Shown here piece by piece: positions 25,946 to 38,318 of a DNA stretch of 64,000 bases. Under the pieces are notes generated by a model. It saw nothing but the letters and a program-made list of their open reading frames with translations. It searched no databases and was not told the DNA's origin. How positions within the stretch are numbered: the first letter of the stretch is position 1; each line of letters starts with the position of its first letter. Origin of the DNA: Octopus bimaculoides (lineage: Eukaryota); contig NC_068983.1 in NCBI RefSeq assembly GCF_001194135.2, positions 7,711,481 through 7,775,480 on the forward strand, read 5' to 3'. The position numbers and the translations under genes were made by a program.

Positions 25946-28153
25946 GAAACCACGATCCAGTGCTCCTTAATGCAATACTTTAACCACCAGGTCAAGCGCC
26001 TTCGTACGTGTACACTCGTATAAATAAATATATAAATATATAAATTATTTATCTATGTTTTGCTAGCAGAGTATTATGTATGCAACTGTAAAGGTGAAGG
26101 TATTACGAAACAACTTTTTATTGGAACAAATCTAACTTAGTTTTATTTCTGGATTAATTGTTTGTTTGGTGAGCTGGTTGTCAGGAAAGGAATATCAAAA
26201 GTTTCAACGCAACAAAATACTAGCAACCTCATGTTTTTTTCCTGCCAACCGTACTTATCAAACCTGTATGTACTTGGCAAAGGGACAGTTGCAGGAGTGT
26301 CTACCTATTACATATTTAATCAAGATCTTCTCAGTTCAATCAAGCAAAATTTATTGAGGTTTGCGATTGATTTTGACTAGGCACTGGGCCAATGTTATTT
26401 AGAATAGCGTAATAGTTAATTCTGTGAATTGGTGTAGAATAGTGGTAAGATCCTGGTGAAGTGAGTCTGCAATACATGTTTCATTGGTGATTATGCAGTT
26501 TATTAAGATTATAGTTTTATGAATTATTAACCACTTTATGTCAATCTGGGCGGTGACAGCTGTATTTCAGCATCTATAAAATATTTGGTTTATGGACGCA
26601 TTGGACATCAGTATCAAGATCCCCCCACGTAATAATCTTGCATTTGTACTAAAAAAAAAGGGTTCTATATCCGAGGAAAACAAGGAAGAAAAACGGCGAA
26701 AAAAGTCACCAAAATGTTGTCTTTTACCAAAGACACTTTTAATAAAAATCGAGAATTTCTGAGAAACAAAGAAATCGTTAGAAGAGCGAAGGCTCTAAGA
26801 CGTGATAGTGTAATAAGGATGCAATTGGTTAGTTACCCTCTGCAGGAGCTAAATCATCAGGATGCAAGGACAGTAGGAAAGGGAAGAAAATAGCACTGGA
26901 TGCCATGGCGTGATTTTGTTTAAGGTAGACCGCCACTTGCCAGGCAGAAGCCCACTCACTTGGCTCAGAGGATGTCATCAGTGGCACCATGGAGGAGACG
27001 TACTGACTTTGACCTGTGAGTTGCAGCGAGCTGTTGTGGATCAGTTCTTTTAGGTCACGCCTTGTAGCCAGCTCGCTTGGCATTGCCTTCTTTCGCTGTC
27101 ACAGCCATTGAGAGACATAGATGTCGCTTCGTCTGCCTGATCAACCGTTGAGGACTTGATGATTCCTTCTCGTAGCCTTAGCCTAAAGAGGCATCCTGCA
27201 AGGCAACATGGGAGGATCCAATTTTTACCTATTGGTGGGGCCCTAACAAGTGCTACCACTCCGGGCCAGAGCGGACCTGGGAGAAATGGCAACTAAGGGG
27301 TGTCTCCACGCTCCTCATAACTCCTGTCCTCCCGAACTGGAGCTTCACCACCGGTTGCAGTTTTGTGTCTTATGGCTACCAGCAGGAAAGAGGAACCGCA
27401 GAATACCACGATTTCGAACCATTCAAGAAAAGCTGAAGACTGTCAAGAAAAAAAAAAAATAGAACACTAGAGAACTGCTGTCTGATACACCAAAATGCTC
27501 AAGTTGGACTGAATGACTGAGTATAAGACAATGAAAACCATGAAATGGGTAAACGGATAAATATCAAAAACATGGCCGGGGAGGAAGATGGTGGAAATAA
27601 GTAATTGTTTGATTATCGGGAGAAATAGAGAGAGGATGTTGCGTCTCTTGAAATGTCCCTCAGTGTCCTTTGGTTATCGATTTTGATTGATTAATCGATT
27701 GATTCAATGAATCTCCTTTGTAGCATGTATATTTACTTGTAATTTTATGGATTGTTAGACTTATTTTTAGTGTAAACATCAACAACATTCATATCCTTCC
27801 TTTGAGAACATTAATTCTGAATAAGAACTGATTTAGATCTTACTGACCAACCCATGACCGCACAGAGAACCGATGGAAAGGGTTTAAGATGGAGATGATA
27901 GTGATGATGATATTGTTGTTGTTGATGATGATGATGAGGACGATGATGAGGATGATGATGAGGATGATGATGATGATTGTTTTAAAGTTTAGATCAGTTC
28001 GATTTCCGATTATCATTAACTGTTTAATTTCTGCGTATTCTGGTACACGATTCCGGACAAATTTCAAAATAGGAATCTCGTATTCTAAATTTGGCGTTTA
28101 GTGTGTATGTGCCATTAGTCTAGGGAATAACGCCTAATGACACGTGGACGCAC

Positions 28154-28200
<47 letters not shown>

Positions 28201-28714
28201 ATATTACAACTGAATTCTTATTTCGCGGCTTGAGTTTCATGCTACTGTGATCTTACATCACATCCTTATATGCAAATATACATACATACACGCATGCGCA
28301 CGCACACTCACATGTATGTATCTATCTATCTGTGTGTGTGTATGTGTATGTGTGTGCGTGTCTGTGTGTATGCGTGTGCGCGTGTGTTTCGTCGGCGACG
28401 AAACCGGCGACCCTATCAACCCTGCTTGTCAAGGAGTGTGGTTTTCGATGGACACTCTGCAGGACGGAGAACAAAACCTGTCAAAGGACGGATTAACTCA
28501 ATAATCAACAACCACCCAACAGCTGGAAGTGAGAGATACCCAGTCTTTGTTTAGATCTCTCTTTAGGAGAAGGAAAACTGAGATGTAACACCCGCAACTT
28601 CGTTTCTATCTAATAATGTTGATCAGATCTTCTTTTAGGGCAAAGGTACACATTGTTTAGAGAGTAGGATTGGTCCTGTGCAAGGCTTTACCTCATTTTA
28701 AAGAGCTTCAAGTG

Positions 28715-28965
28715 GAGGTCCATGGCTTAGTGGTTAGGGTGTCAAAATCATAATCGTAAGATTGTAGTTTCGATTCCTGGACCGGGTGACGCGTTGTGTT
28801 CTTGAGCAAAGCACTTCATTTCCTGTTGTTCCAGTTCACTCAGCTGACAACAATGAGTAATGCTACGATGGACTGGCGTCCTGTCCAGCTGGGGAACCCA
28901 TACCCCATTGAAACCGGGAAACCGGGCCCATGAGCCTGGCTAGGCTTTAAAAGGGCACATTTATT
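28715..28965 (+). mobile_element. tRNA-derived SINE family C (other copies about 210-560, 36605-36985, 60465-60710, 62118-62410; minus about 7860-7960, 22920-23360)
   Basis: tggcttagtggttag...gtttcgattcct head, ttgagcaaagcactt..ccagttcactcagctg body, gatggactggcgtcc tail. Confidence 0.85.
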
Positions 28966-30064
28966 ATTTTTAAAAAGCTTCAAGTACAGGCATCACTTGA
29001 TTTTTAACACCTCTATTATGCGTTGTATATTGTGGTTGGTCATTATCGAAAATGACAAAACAATCAATGAAAAATTCCATGATGGAATGAAAGCATGTGT
29101 CAAGTTGAGTAATAACTCTTTGAACGCCTGCTGCAAGTGATTACTATCGTTGCCACATCCGTACAAACGTGTGTAGGTTCCTAGCGGAACTGAAAAGTCG
29201 TATTCAAGCTGTTTTAAGAGAACAATCNNNNNNNNNNNNNNNNNNNNNNNNNNNNNNNNNNNNNNNNNNNNNNNNNNNNNNNNNNNNNNNNNNNNNNNNN
29301 NNNNNNNNNNNNNNNNNNNNNNNNNNNNNNNATATATATATCTGTCTGTCTCTATGTATGTATGTATGTATGTAAGGAATATGTACAGGAATATATAGAG
29401 AGAAGATACTCTTTTACTTGTTTCAGTCATTTGACTGCGGCCATGCTGGAGCACCGTCTTTAGTCGAGTAAATCAACCCCAAGACTTATTCTTTGTAAGC
29501 CCAGTGCTTATTCTATCGGTCCGTTTTGCCGAACCGCTAGGTTACGGGGACGTTTACACACCAGCATCGGTTGTCAAGCAATGCTAGGGGGACAAACACA
29601 GATACACAAACATACACACGCACATCCATATATATATATACATATATACGAGGGGCTTCTTTCAGTTTCCGTCTACCAAATCCACTCACAAAGCTTTGGT
29701 CGGCCCGAGGCTATAGTAGAAGACACTTGCCCAAGGTGCCACGCAGTGGAACTGAACCCAGAACCATGTAGTTGGTAAGCAAGCTACTTACCACACAGCC
29801 ATTGATAGAAATCAGAAACGAACCCGGCTGAACTTAGGATGGGGTTAATAGTCTGATAAGTGATAAACAGTCTTGTAAACAATAGCTATAACAAATAAAT
29901 CAGTAATTAATTAATTAGCAATAAAGAAGTGGAGTACAATCAGTAAGGCAATCTGTGTGTTTTATTGGCAGAATACCATCTTCTCCATAAGTACAAGAGC
30001 CCAGACGGAGATTTGATGAGTAGTTTCATTTCACTCACGTGAAGACGCGTGGCTTAGTGGTTAG

Positions 30065-30412
30065 CAGGGCCCTCGCTAAGCCCCTGTGGACTTTGTGGAT
30101 TGTCTATAATATAGATTGAACACGAACTTAGTTCTCAGGTTGATTATTCTGAATTGATCGATGATTTCGAGAAGCGAAAAGTGCTTCGTGTTAGTCTTTG
30201 AAAGTTGCCTGGATTATAAAAGTGCTCTTTTATTTGTTGAGTTTTTAACGGTGTTCTTTACGATAACGTGAAATATTGAACTTGAGATAGAATTAAGTAA
30301 GATATAGCTATGAATAAAAGGTGCGTAGATTATGAATTTTGATTGAAGAGATGGGGCCTCGACACAAAAAGTTGCAGGGGAGGGGGTCTCTAAAAGTCAC
30401 GCGACGGAGCTG
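30065..30412. mobile_element. Non-autonomous hAT element inserted into a SINE head
   Basis: Ends cagggccctcgc and gcgacggagctg. 8-bp near-duplication gtggttag (30057-64) and gtggtgag (30413-20). The SINE sequence resumes after it. Confidence 0.7.
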
Positions 30413-30624
30413 GTGGTGAGGGTGTTGCACCTACGATCACAAGATCGCTGGTTTCGATTTCTGGACCGAGTGGTGGTTATGTTCTTGAGCAAACCACTTC
30501 ATTGCTAGTCACTCCAGTCCACTCAGCTGTAAATGGGTGACCCTGCGATGGACTTTCGTATCGTTCGAAGAGAATGTTGTGACCTCAGTTGCTCATACGC
30601 CATGGGAACCCTGTTGGTCTATAC

Positions 30625-31385
30625 CAGGGGTTCACAACCTGGTCCATGTGGACCACTAGATGGTCCACGGGAAAATCCAGGTCGGCCACAGGAAAATTCA
30701 GATGGTCTGTGGAAAATTTTCTGTGCTCCATTTGAAGAATTAAAATTTTTCCGTACACGCACATGTCGTGCAAACGAAATATGCCTCATCGCATATGCGT
30801 GAGCACATACAAGTGCACTCATTGCCTATTGGTCAATTAGCTGTCCAATCATACACGGGACGCATACCAGGACAGGTACAGAGGCGTACAATCGGATCCA
30901 CGTTTGCGCGCATTAAAAACACACAAAGAATTATGTGTTCTCGGCTGGTCAACGCGATCGTGTTTTCTACCTGACTTTTGAATTGAAGATTACTAACGAA
31001 ACCGAAGTTCTTAAAGCTTACCCAACATATCGTATTATCTCTCCAGGTACGTACATTTTTACGCAAGTGTTAGTCTAATTGTAATCTGTAGAAATTTTGC
31101 TGTCAGTGATATGGAAAAACATTCCCTTAACTTTCCGTCCACCGACTCGGAAAAAAGATTCTGTAGACGATATCACGAAGTTTAAATCAAATAAGATTTT
31201 GTATCCAGTATAGAAGATCCTTTTTTTACCACAGTGTATTATCTGCTCAAAAGTATTAACTAACGATTCAATGAAACCCTCGAAATTGATGTATCATCTA
31301 CAAAAAAACCATCCTGGTTTATTTGGTAAGCCAAAGGAGTACTTCAAAGAATACCATCGCAAAAATAAAAAATAAAAAACTGTCT
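30625..31385 (+). mobile_element. hAT (Buster/Charlie-type) 5' fragment with decayed BED zinc finger
   Basis: Starts caggggttcacaacctg. About 31111-31370 encodes ...LPQCIICSKVLTNDSMKPSKLMYHLQKNHPGLFGKPKEYF with stops and a frameshift. Confidence 0.8.
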
Positions 31386-31958
31386 CATCTTCTCGCTCAA
31401 AAATTTCCTCGTCCATACTAACAACCGTTCTGGTCTGCAGGCGTCCTATAACATCTTATTTTTTGAGTTCAAATGTCACTAAGGTCGACTTCACCTTTTA
31501 CCCTTTCAGTGTTGATAAGTACCAGTCAAGCACTAGAGTCGATGTAATGAACTTACCCACTCCCCTAAACTTGCAGGCCTTGTGCCTAAATTTGAAACCA
31601 TTATCTATAACTTCACCTACTCTGAGTTCAACCAATAAAACGTATTCTTTTCTACGCTAGGCACAAGGCCCGAAATTTTTTGGGAAGGGGGCCAGTCAAT
31701 TAGATCGACCCCAGTACGCAACTGGTACTTAATTTATCGACCCAGAAAAGATGAAAGGCAAAGTCGACCTCGGCGGAATTTGAACTCAGAACGTAAAGAC
31801 AGACGAAATACCGCCAGGCATTTCGCCCGGCGTGCTAACGTTTCTGCGAGCTCGCCACCTTACCAATAAAACGTATTATTACGCGTCTTTTGAAGTTTCT
31901 AAATTCTTGTGATGCAAACAGTATTTCTAAATGTTTTATTTCTTTTCCTGTGTTATAG

Positions 31959-32039
31959 GACTGTTCTCTGCCCAATTTTCCCGAAACACAGCTGTTATGA
32001 TCTCCAATGGATTTTACCATTTGAACTAAATCTTCAAAG
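31959..32039 (+). other. iav: Putative 5' UTR part of first coding exon
   Basis: Pyrimidine tract plus AG at 31957-58 (ttttcctgtgttatag). In-frame stops upstream of ATG 32040 (tga 32022-24) imply an untranslated leader and an unidentified upstream non-coding exon. Confidence 0.55.
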
Positions 32040-32315
32040 ATGGGAAACATCTTTCATCGTTCCAGCCGAATTACTGACCCGGTGGCAGCATGGAAACAAC
32101 AGAATAGAGAATTTCCAGTGCACCCATTATATACCTTAGTAAACTTCAACAATGGAGGAAAACTTCTGGATGCGTACAATAAGGGAGGGAGAGATAAATT
32201 GATACAAGCTTTAAAGGAACATGTGGAACCTTTGCTTTATAACCGAGGCAAGGGAGGTATTATCAGCAAAACGGAATATCTTCGTTGGCGATATCAAACT
32301 CGCCTGAGACTGTTG
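32040..32315 (+). CDS. iav: TRPV coding exon 1 (MGNIFH...LYTLVNFNNGGKLLDAYNKGG...LLYNRGKGGIISKTEYLRWRYQTRLRLL)
   Basis: 92 codons resembling the Iav N-terminus (LYKL..GG.L....GG...YNDGKG.....E.LRW.Y). Donor ttg|gtacgt, phase 0. Confidence 0.9.
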
Positions 32316-33561
32316 GTACGTATATAATATTTACTAAAATTAGTGTATAGATTAGATAAATTGATAAGCGTAGGTTTGGCTACGTGGTTAAAAGGTTCGC
32401 TTTTCAGCCACGGCCACGTAGCTTCTCTGTTCGATCTCATTATTCGGCATCTTCTGCTAAATAATATTAGGATGACCAAGGACTTGTGAAAGTCTAATTT
32501 GCTACATGCAGATGCCCATTGTGCATCTACTTACATATGTATGTATATANNNNNNNNNNNNNNNNNNNNNNNNNNNNNNNNNNNNNNNNNNNNNNNNNNN
32601 NNNNNNNNNNNNNNNNNNNNNNNNNNNNNNNNNNNNNNNNNNNNNNNNNNNNNNNNNNNNNNNNNNNNNNNNNNNNNNNNNNNNNNNNNNNNNNNNNNNN
32701 NNNNNNNNNNNNNNNNNNNNNNNNNNNNNNNNNNNNNNNNNNNNNNNNNNNNNNNNNNNNNNNNNNNNNNNNNNNNNNNNNNNNNNNNNNNNNNNNNNNN
32801 NNNNNGTACATGTATATATGTGTATATACGTACATCCTATGTCTATATATGTAATTTGTAATTGGTTTCCCGAACAAAAATAGGGCACTCAATACATTGT
32901 GATTGTGTCGAGTAAATGTTATTTACTATAAAATAGTTGATAATTCTAATTCTCTGTTAACGGAATTTCCTTCTCATTAGAGCATTCTTTAGACAGATGT
33001 GATTCTAGTGAAGGTTTTCTCTTGTAAGGTGTTTTATTTCAGGATTTTTACCTGTGATAAGGTGTTGTCAAATTTTGATAGAAGATATCGAGTAGCAGAC
33101 AGGAATGTTTTTTTTTTAGATTATGTGTGTTTGTTGTAATGTGATATGTATGAGACATTTTCATTTCAGCAAAATCAGAAGTGTGTAGGTGTGACGATGA
33201 AAAATATAAAAATTTGTAATTTGCAGCCCTGGTATACTGTAGAGCCAACGGCTCGAATAGCGATAAAATAGTATGATTATGCAATTTTTAGGTTTCTATC
33301 GCTCGATAAAAATTTTTTGGAAGAAATTTGCCCATGTCTGCATTTGGTGAAAATTTCAGCTCTGTTATTTAAATAATTATTTGAGATATTGAGAACAAAC
33401 AAAAGCCGGTCGTATATGTGTGTGTGTATGTGTTTGTTCTCAACCACTCGACAACCGGTGTTGGTTTGTTTACGCCCCCGTAACATAGCGGTTCCATAAG
33501 CGAAAGTAATGGAATGAGTACCAAATTTTAAAAAAAGAAAATAAATACTGGGGTTGATTTG

Positions 33562-33706
33562 CTCTTCCAGTGGAGATCGATTATAGCCTCGATTGCGGCT
33601 GACCGTCGGTTGTGGTCAGCTTTTGTGAGGGACGTAGAGAACTCGTTGGTCGAAGCCGGCTCAACCCATTCTGGACAAATGTCGCCCCAAGTTCAAATAA
33701 GTAAGT
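33562..33706 (+). mobile_element. RTE/RTEX-like LINE extreme 3' end with (AAGT)n tail
   Basis: ...AADRRLWSAFVRDV..SLVEAGST.. followed by aataagtaagtagta. Confidence 0.45.
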
Positions 33707-34416
33707 AGTACACAACAACAACAACATCATCAGCATCAGCATCATTAGCATCAAAAGCAGCAGCAGTAGTAGCAGCTCTGGAACCAAACACAAAATAAAA
33801 TTCTTTCAACCAAAACTACCACATCGTAGTAAAATTAAGCTTACATACGCATTCACACACANNNNNNNNNNNNNNNNNNNNNNNNNNNNNNNNNNNNNNN
33901 NNNNNNNNNNNNNNNNNNNNNNNNNNNNNNNNNNNNNNNNNNNNNNNNNNNNNNNNNNNNNNNNNNNNNNNNNNNNNNNNNNNNNNNNNNNNNNNNNNNN
34001 NNNNNNNNNNNNNNNNNNNNNNNNNNNNNNNNNNNNNNNNNNNNNNNNNNNNNNNNNNNNNNNNNNNNNNNNNNNNNNNNNNNNNNNNNNNNNNNNNNNN
34101 NNNNNNNNNNNNNNNNNNNNNNNNNNNNNNNNNNNNNNNNNNNNNNNNNNNNNNNNNNNNNNNNNNNNNNNNNNNNNNNNNNNNNNNNNNNNNNNNNNNN
34201 NNNNNNNNNNNNNNNNNNNNNNNNNNNNNNNNNNNNNNNNNNNNNNNNNNNNNNNNNNNNNNNNNNNNNNNNNNNNNNNNNNNNNNNNNNNNNNNNNNNN
34301 NNNNNNNNNNNNNNNNNNNNNNNNNNNNNNNNNNNNNNNNNNNNNNNNNNNNNNNNNNNNNNNNNNNNNNNNNNNNNNNNNNNNNNNNNNNNNNNNNNNN
34401 NNNNNNNNNNNNNNNN

Positions 34417-35689
34417 TTAACAAAGGCCTTTGATACTGTAAATAGGGCCTTTCTATGGAAAATACTTGGCAAACTTGGATGTCCGGATCACTTTGTATCT
34501 ATAATTAAATCATTTCATGATGGGATGGAGGCTTGGGTCAATGTTGTTGGTGGCATGGTGGGACCCATTCCTGTAGAGAATGGTGTCAAGCAGGGTGACA
34601 TCCTTGCCCCAACTCTCTTTTCTTTGTACTTTGCTGCTGCTTTTACTCATGTTTTTGCTAAGGTTAGCTCTCTGGGAATATATGTCAGATATCGATCTTC
34701 TGGCCGCCTCTTTAACCTTCACCGATTTGCTGCCAATTCAAAGGTTCTCCAGTCTATTATTCGTGACCTCCTTTATACAGATGACTGTGACTTAGTCACT
34801 CATACAGTGAATGACATGCAAATACTCATCAATTGCATTTCTGCTTCTTGCAAGGCATTTGGACTTGGCATTAGCCTGGACAAGACTGTTGTAATGTTCC
34901 AACCTGCACCAGGAAATCCATATATGAAACCAGCTATCTTGGTTGAAGGAACAATTCTGAAGGTAGTAGACAAGTTTGTCTACCTGGGCAGCACACTCAG
35001 CCGTTCTTGCTCCCTGGATGAGGAAATATCATTCAGGTTGCAGCGAGCAACTAATTCCTTTCGGTGTCTTAAGTCTCGTGTCTGGTCCTAGCATGGCATC
35101 GCAAGGCAAACAAAAGTTGCTGTGTACCGTGCATGTGTACTGACATCGCTCCTCTACTCATGTGAGACATGGACTCTGTACAAACGTCATGTAAGGGTCC
35201 TTGAACGCTTTCAACAGAGATGTCTCAGGCACATTCTCAATGTTGGCTGGACCTAAAAAATTCCAGACACACAGATCCTGAGGACAGCTGATATCTTGAG
35301 TATTGAGGCAATGGTGCACAAGCACCGGTTACGTTGGACAGGACACCTTATTAGAATGAAGAAATAGCAAGATTCCTAAGCAGATGCTCTATGGAGAACT
35401 TGTGAATGGAAGGAGACTCCGGCAGAAACCAAGGCTGCAATTTAAGGACTGTATCAAGTCCTCATTAAAGGCCTGTGATATGCAGGACACTGACTGGGAG
35501 AACAATGCCTGTCATCACCACGGATGGAGGAAGCAGGTTAAGGAGGGGATCGACACTTTTGAGAGAGCACGTATCCATCATGAAGAACTTAAGCGAGCTG
35601 CGCGAAAGCGCACGGCTCATATAGTGAATGGGGAAAGCTTAATCTGCAATGTTTGCAGTCGTGTATGCTTGTCAAGAGCAGGGCTCATT
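34417..35689 (+). mobile_element. RTE-clade LINE ORF remnant (reverse transcriptase plus C-terminal C2H2-like motif), degraded
   Basis: LTKAFDTVNR, GVKQGDILAPTLF, LLYTDDC, FVYLGSTL, LRWTGHLIRM, RQKPRLQFKD, CNVCSRVC. Stops at 35089 and about 35254, a +1 frameshift near 35365, N-gaps on both sides. Confidence 0.92.
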
Positions 35690-37099
35690 NNNNNNNNNNN
35701 NNNNNNNNNNNNNNNNNNNNNNNNNNNNNNNNNNNNNNNNNNNNNNNNNNNNNNNNNNNNNNNNNNNNNNNNNNNNNNNNNNNNNNNNNNNNNNNNNNNN
35801 NNNNNNNNNNNNNNNNNNNNNNNNNNNNNNNNNNNNNNNNNNNNNNNNNNNNNNNNNNNNNNNNNNNNNNNNNNNNNNNNNNNNNNNNNNNNNNNNNNNN
35901 NNNNNNNNNNNNNNNNNNNNNNNNNNNNNNNNNNNNNNNNNNNNNNNNNNNNNNNNNNNNNNNNNNNNNNNNNNATATATATATATATATATATACGTAT
36001 ACGTATGCGCGTTTGTGTGTGTTTGTATGCATACACGTCCATCATCATCATCATCATCATTGTCATCATCATTGCTTCCGCTTTTCCATACTGTTATAGA
36101 TTGGACGGATCAATTTCAACACAGTTTCAGCTGAGCAAATTAGATTCTACTCCTTCCATTTTAGTATGAAAGCTATCCAGTGTGGGTAATCTAAAGGCCC
36201 TTCCGCTCAGATTCTCCAAGTCATTCCCTTTTAAACTAGATAATAGGAGAAACGCAAAACTTAACCTCAACGTATTGAAATACCTGAAAGGAATTAATTG
36301 GTTGTTTGTTAACAAATCTAATTACAAGACTCACTAAAAGCCTTGTTGTTTACTGTCTGGGTTTACAAAACTGGCAAAGTGTGTGCATTATTTATTATTT
36401 GTAGAAGAAAGCTTGTAACGAGAGACATAGCAAACTGTCCAATATTAGTGTTTAGAACAAGTAGTTATTAAGAAACAGCAGCGACAAAAACAACAATAAT
36501 AATATACGAAAACTGGAGGTTATTTTTTTATTATTTCGAATGGCTTAAAACTATTTTATATCAATTCAGTATTAGTGTTAAGTGCTATGTAAGTATTGTG
36601 CAGTGGAGGCGCAATGGCCCAGTGGTTAGGGCAGCAGACTCGCGGTCGTAAGATCGCAGTTTCGATTCCCAGACTGGGCGTTGTGAGTGTTTATTAAGCG
36701 AAAACACCTAAAGTTCCACGAGGCTCCGGCAGGGGATGGTGGCGAACCTTGCTGTACTCTTCCACCACAAGTTTCTCTCACTCTTTCTTCCTGTTTCTGT
36801 TGTATCTGTATTTCAAAGGGCCAGCCTTGTCACACTGTGTCACGCTGAATCTCCCCGAGAACTACGTTAAGGGTAGACGTGTCAGTGGAGTGCTCAACCA
36901 CTTCCACGTTAATTTCACGAGCAGGCTGTTCCGTTGATCGGATCAACTGGAACCCTCGTCGTCGTGACCGACGGAGCGCCAACAGCAAAAGTATTGTGTG
37001 TTAGGATAGGAGATAAGGCTCCAGATGACAATAAAGGAGGTTATGGCAGTGGTGGTGGTGATGACAATGACAGCGAGGAAGTAAAAGAAAAAGTATATA

Positions 37100-37330
37100 G
37101 TTGACTTTCCAAAGTGCATATCAAAATAATTGACAAAATCGAGAGATTTTAAGAGCAACGTAAAAGGATGAATAGATTGTAGTTCGCAAAGGTGGCAATT
37201 GTTCATGAGTAATTGGTGCATTTAATACAAAATATACATAAGAGACTGAATGATAATGGAATTGATAAGCGCATTGTCGATCTGCAGAAAAGTATCATCA
37301 TGTATTCTTCAAGAATCATATGATTCTTTA
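37100..37330 (+). mobile_element. Decayed REL-type LINE C-terminus
   Basis: ...KVAIV / VIGAF (frameshifted) ...LNDNGIDKRIVDLQKSIIMYSSRI resembles the VIGALG...LQKS end of R4-type ORFs. Confidence 0.5.
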
Positions 37331-38152
37331 GAATTGAGGCGACATGCTGTCACCAAGCCTCAATATAACATCCCTACTAATTAAATTTGCATGTAACAGC
37401 TTTTGAGTAATAATAATACTTTATCCTATTATCATAAGGTCTGGAATTCTGGAGGGGGGTGCTAACCGATGACATCGACTTCAGTGGTCATCTGTAACTT
37501 ATTTCATCGACCCTCAAAAAGATGAAGGACAAAGATTGGCCTCGTCAGAATTTGAAGGTCAATTAGCGGTTCGGCAAGAAAGACCGGTAGAATAAGTACT
37601 AGGCTTACAAAGAATAAGTCCTGGGGTCGATTTGCTCGACTAAAGGCGGTGCTCCAGCATGGCCACAGTCAAATGACTGAAACAAATAAAATAAAAAAAT
37701 AAAAGAATATAAATGATGCTCAGTTTGTACACCGTACAGATGGAAATGATACAGTATCGAATGACTAGGATTTATTTATTATTAATCAAGTGTTCGATAC
37801 AAACTGTTGCGAAATTTTATTGTAGTGAACTGCTTTATAATAATTGGTTTGACGTCAATCGTCTGCAGGATATTATTTCTCTATGCAAATGAACGAAAGC
37901 CAGTTCAAATGCTGCTGCTAAAATGATTTTAAAAAAGTAAGCGGCATACAAAGTATTACAAACGATCTTAGGATGGTGCATAGAGTAACCATTCTCGTAT
38001 TACACACTCGTCATTTCCGAATTTATTAAACAGAGTATTTGATAAATGTGTCTTATCCTTAGTGGTCGTAGTTACTACATAGAAGGTAATAATTTCATCA
38101 TATTTGGTGGTATTGGAAATTTGAATTTGAAATTAAGAAACTACAAATTCAC

Positions 38153-38318
38153 ATGAAGTAGTTGTATGCTGTCAACTTAATGTGACGGTCCCCTGAAGGG
38201 AATAATACTACTGTTGGTTAGACCTAGGAAGCGGCGCAGCTTCCTAGGTGTAACCAACAGTAGTATTATTCCTTACAGGGGACTATCACATTAAGTTGAC
38301 AGCATACAACTACTTCAT
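38153..38318. repeat. 166-bp near-perfect inverted repeat (80-bp arms, 6-nt loop)
   Basis: Arms 38153-38232 and 38239-38318 are reverse complements except at 5 positions. Loop ggcgca. Confidence 0.95.

Noticed and set aside
24000-32040. RFX X-box expected upstream of ciliary sensory TRPV genes
   Set aside because: Only half-sites seen by eye (e.g. ggcaac near 27202, inside repeat-like DNA); no convincing full palindrome. A PWM scan would be needed.
34417-35689. Functional reverse transcriptase or domesticated gene
   Set aside because: Two in-frame stops, a frameshift and YADD changed to YTDD; an ordinary decayed RTE copy.
36605-36680. tRNA gene-like sequence (also about 215-280, 28715-28790, 60465-60535)
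   Set aside because: A/B-box-like heads run into shared SINE bodies and lack a complete cloverleaf, so they are SINE heads rather than tRNA genes.
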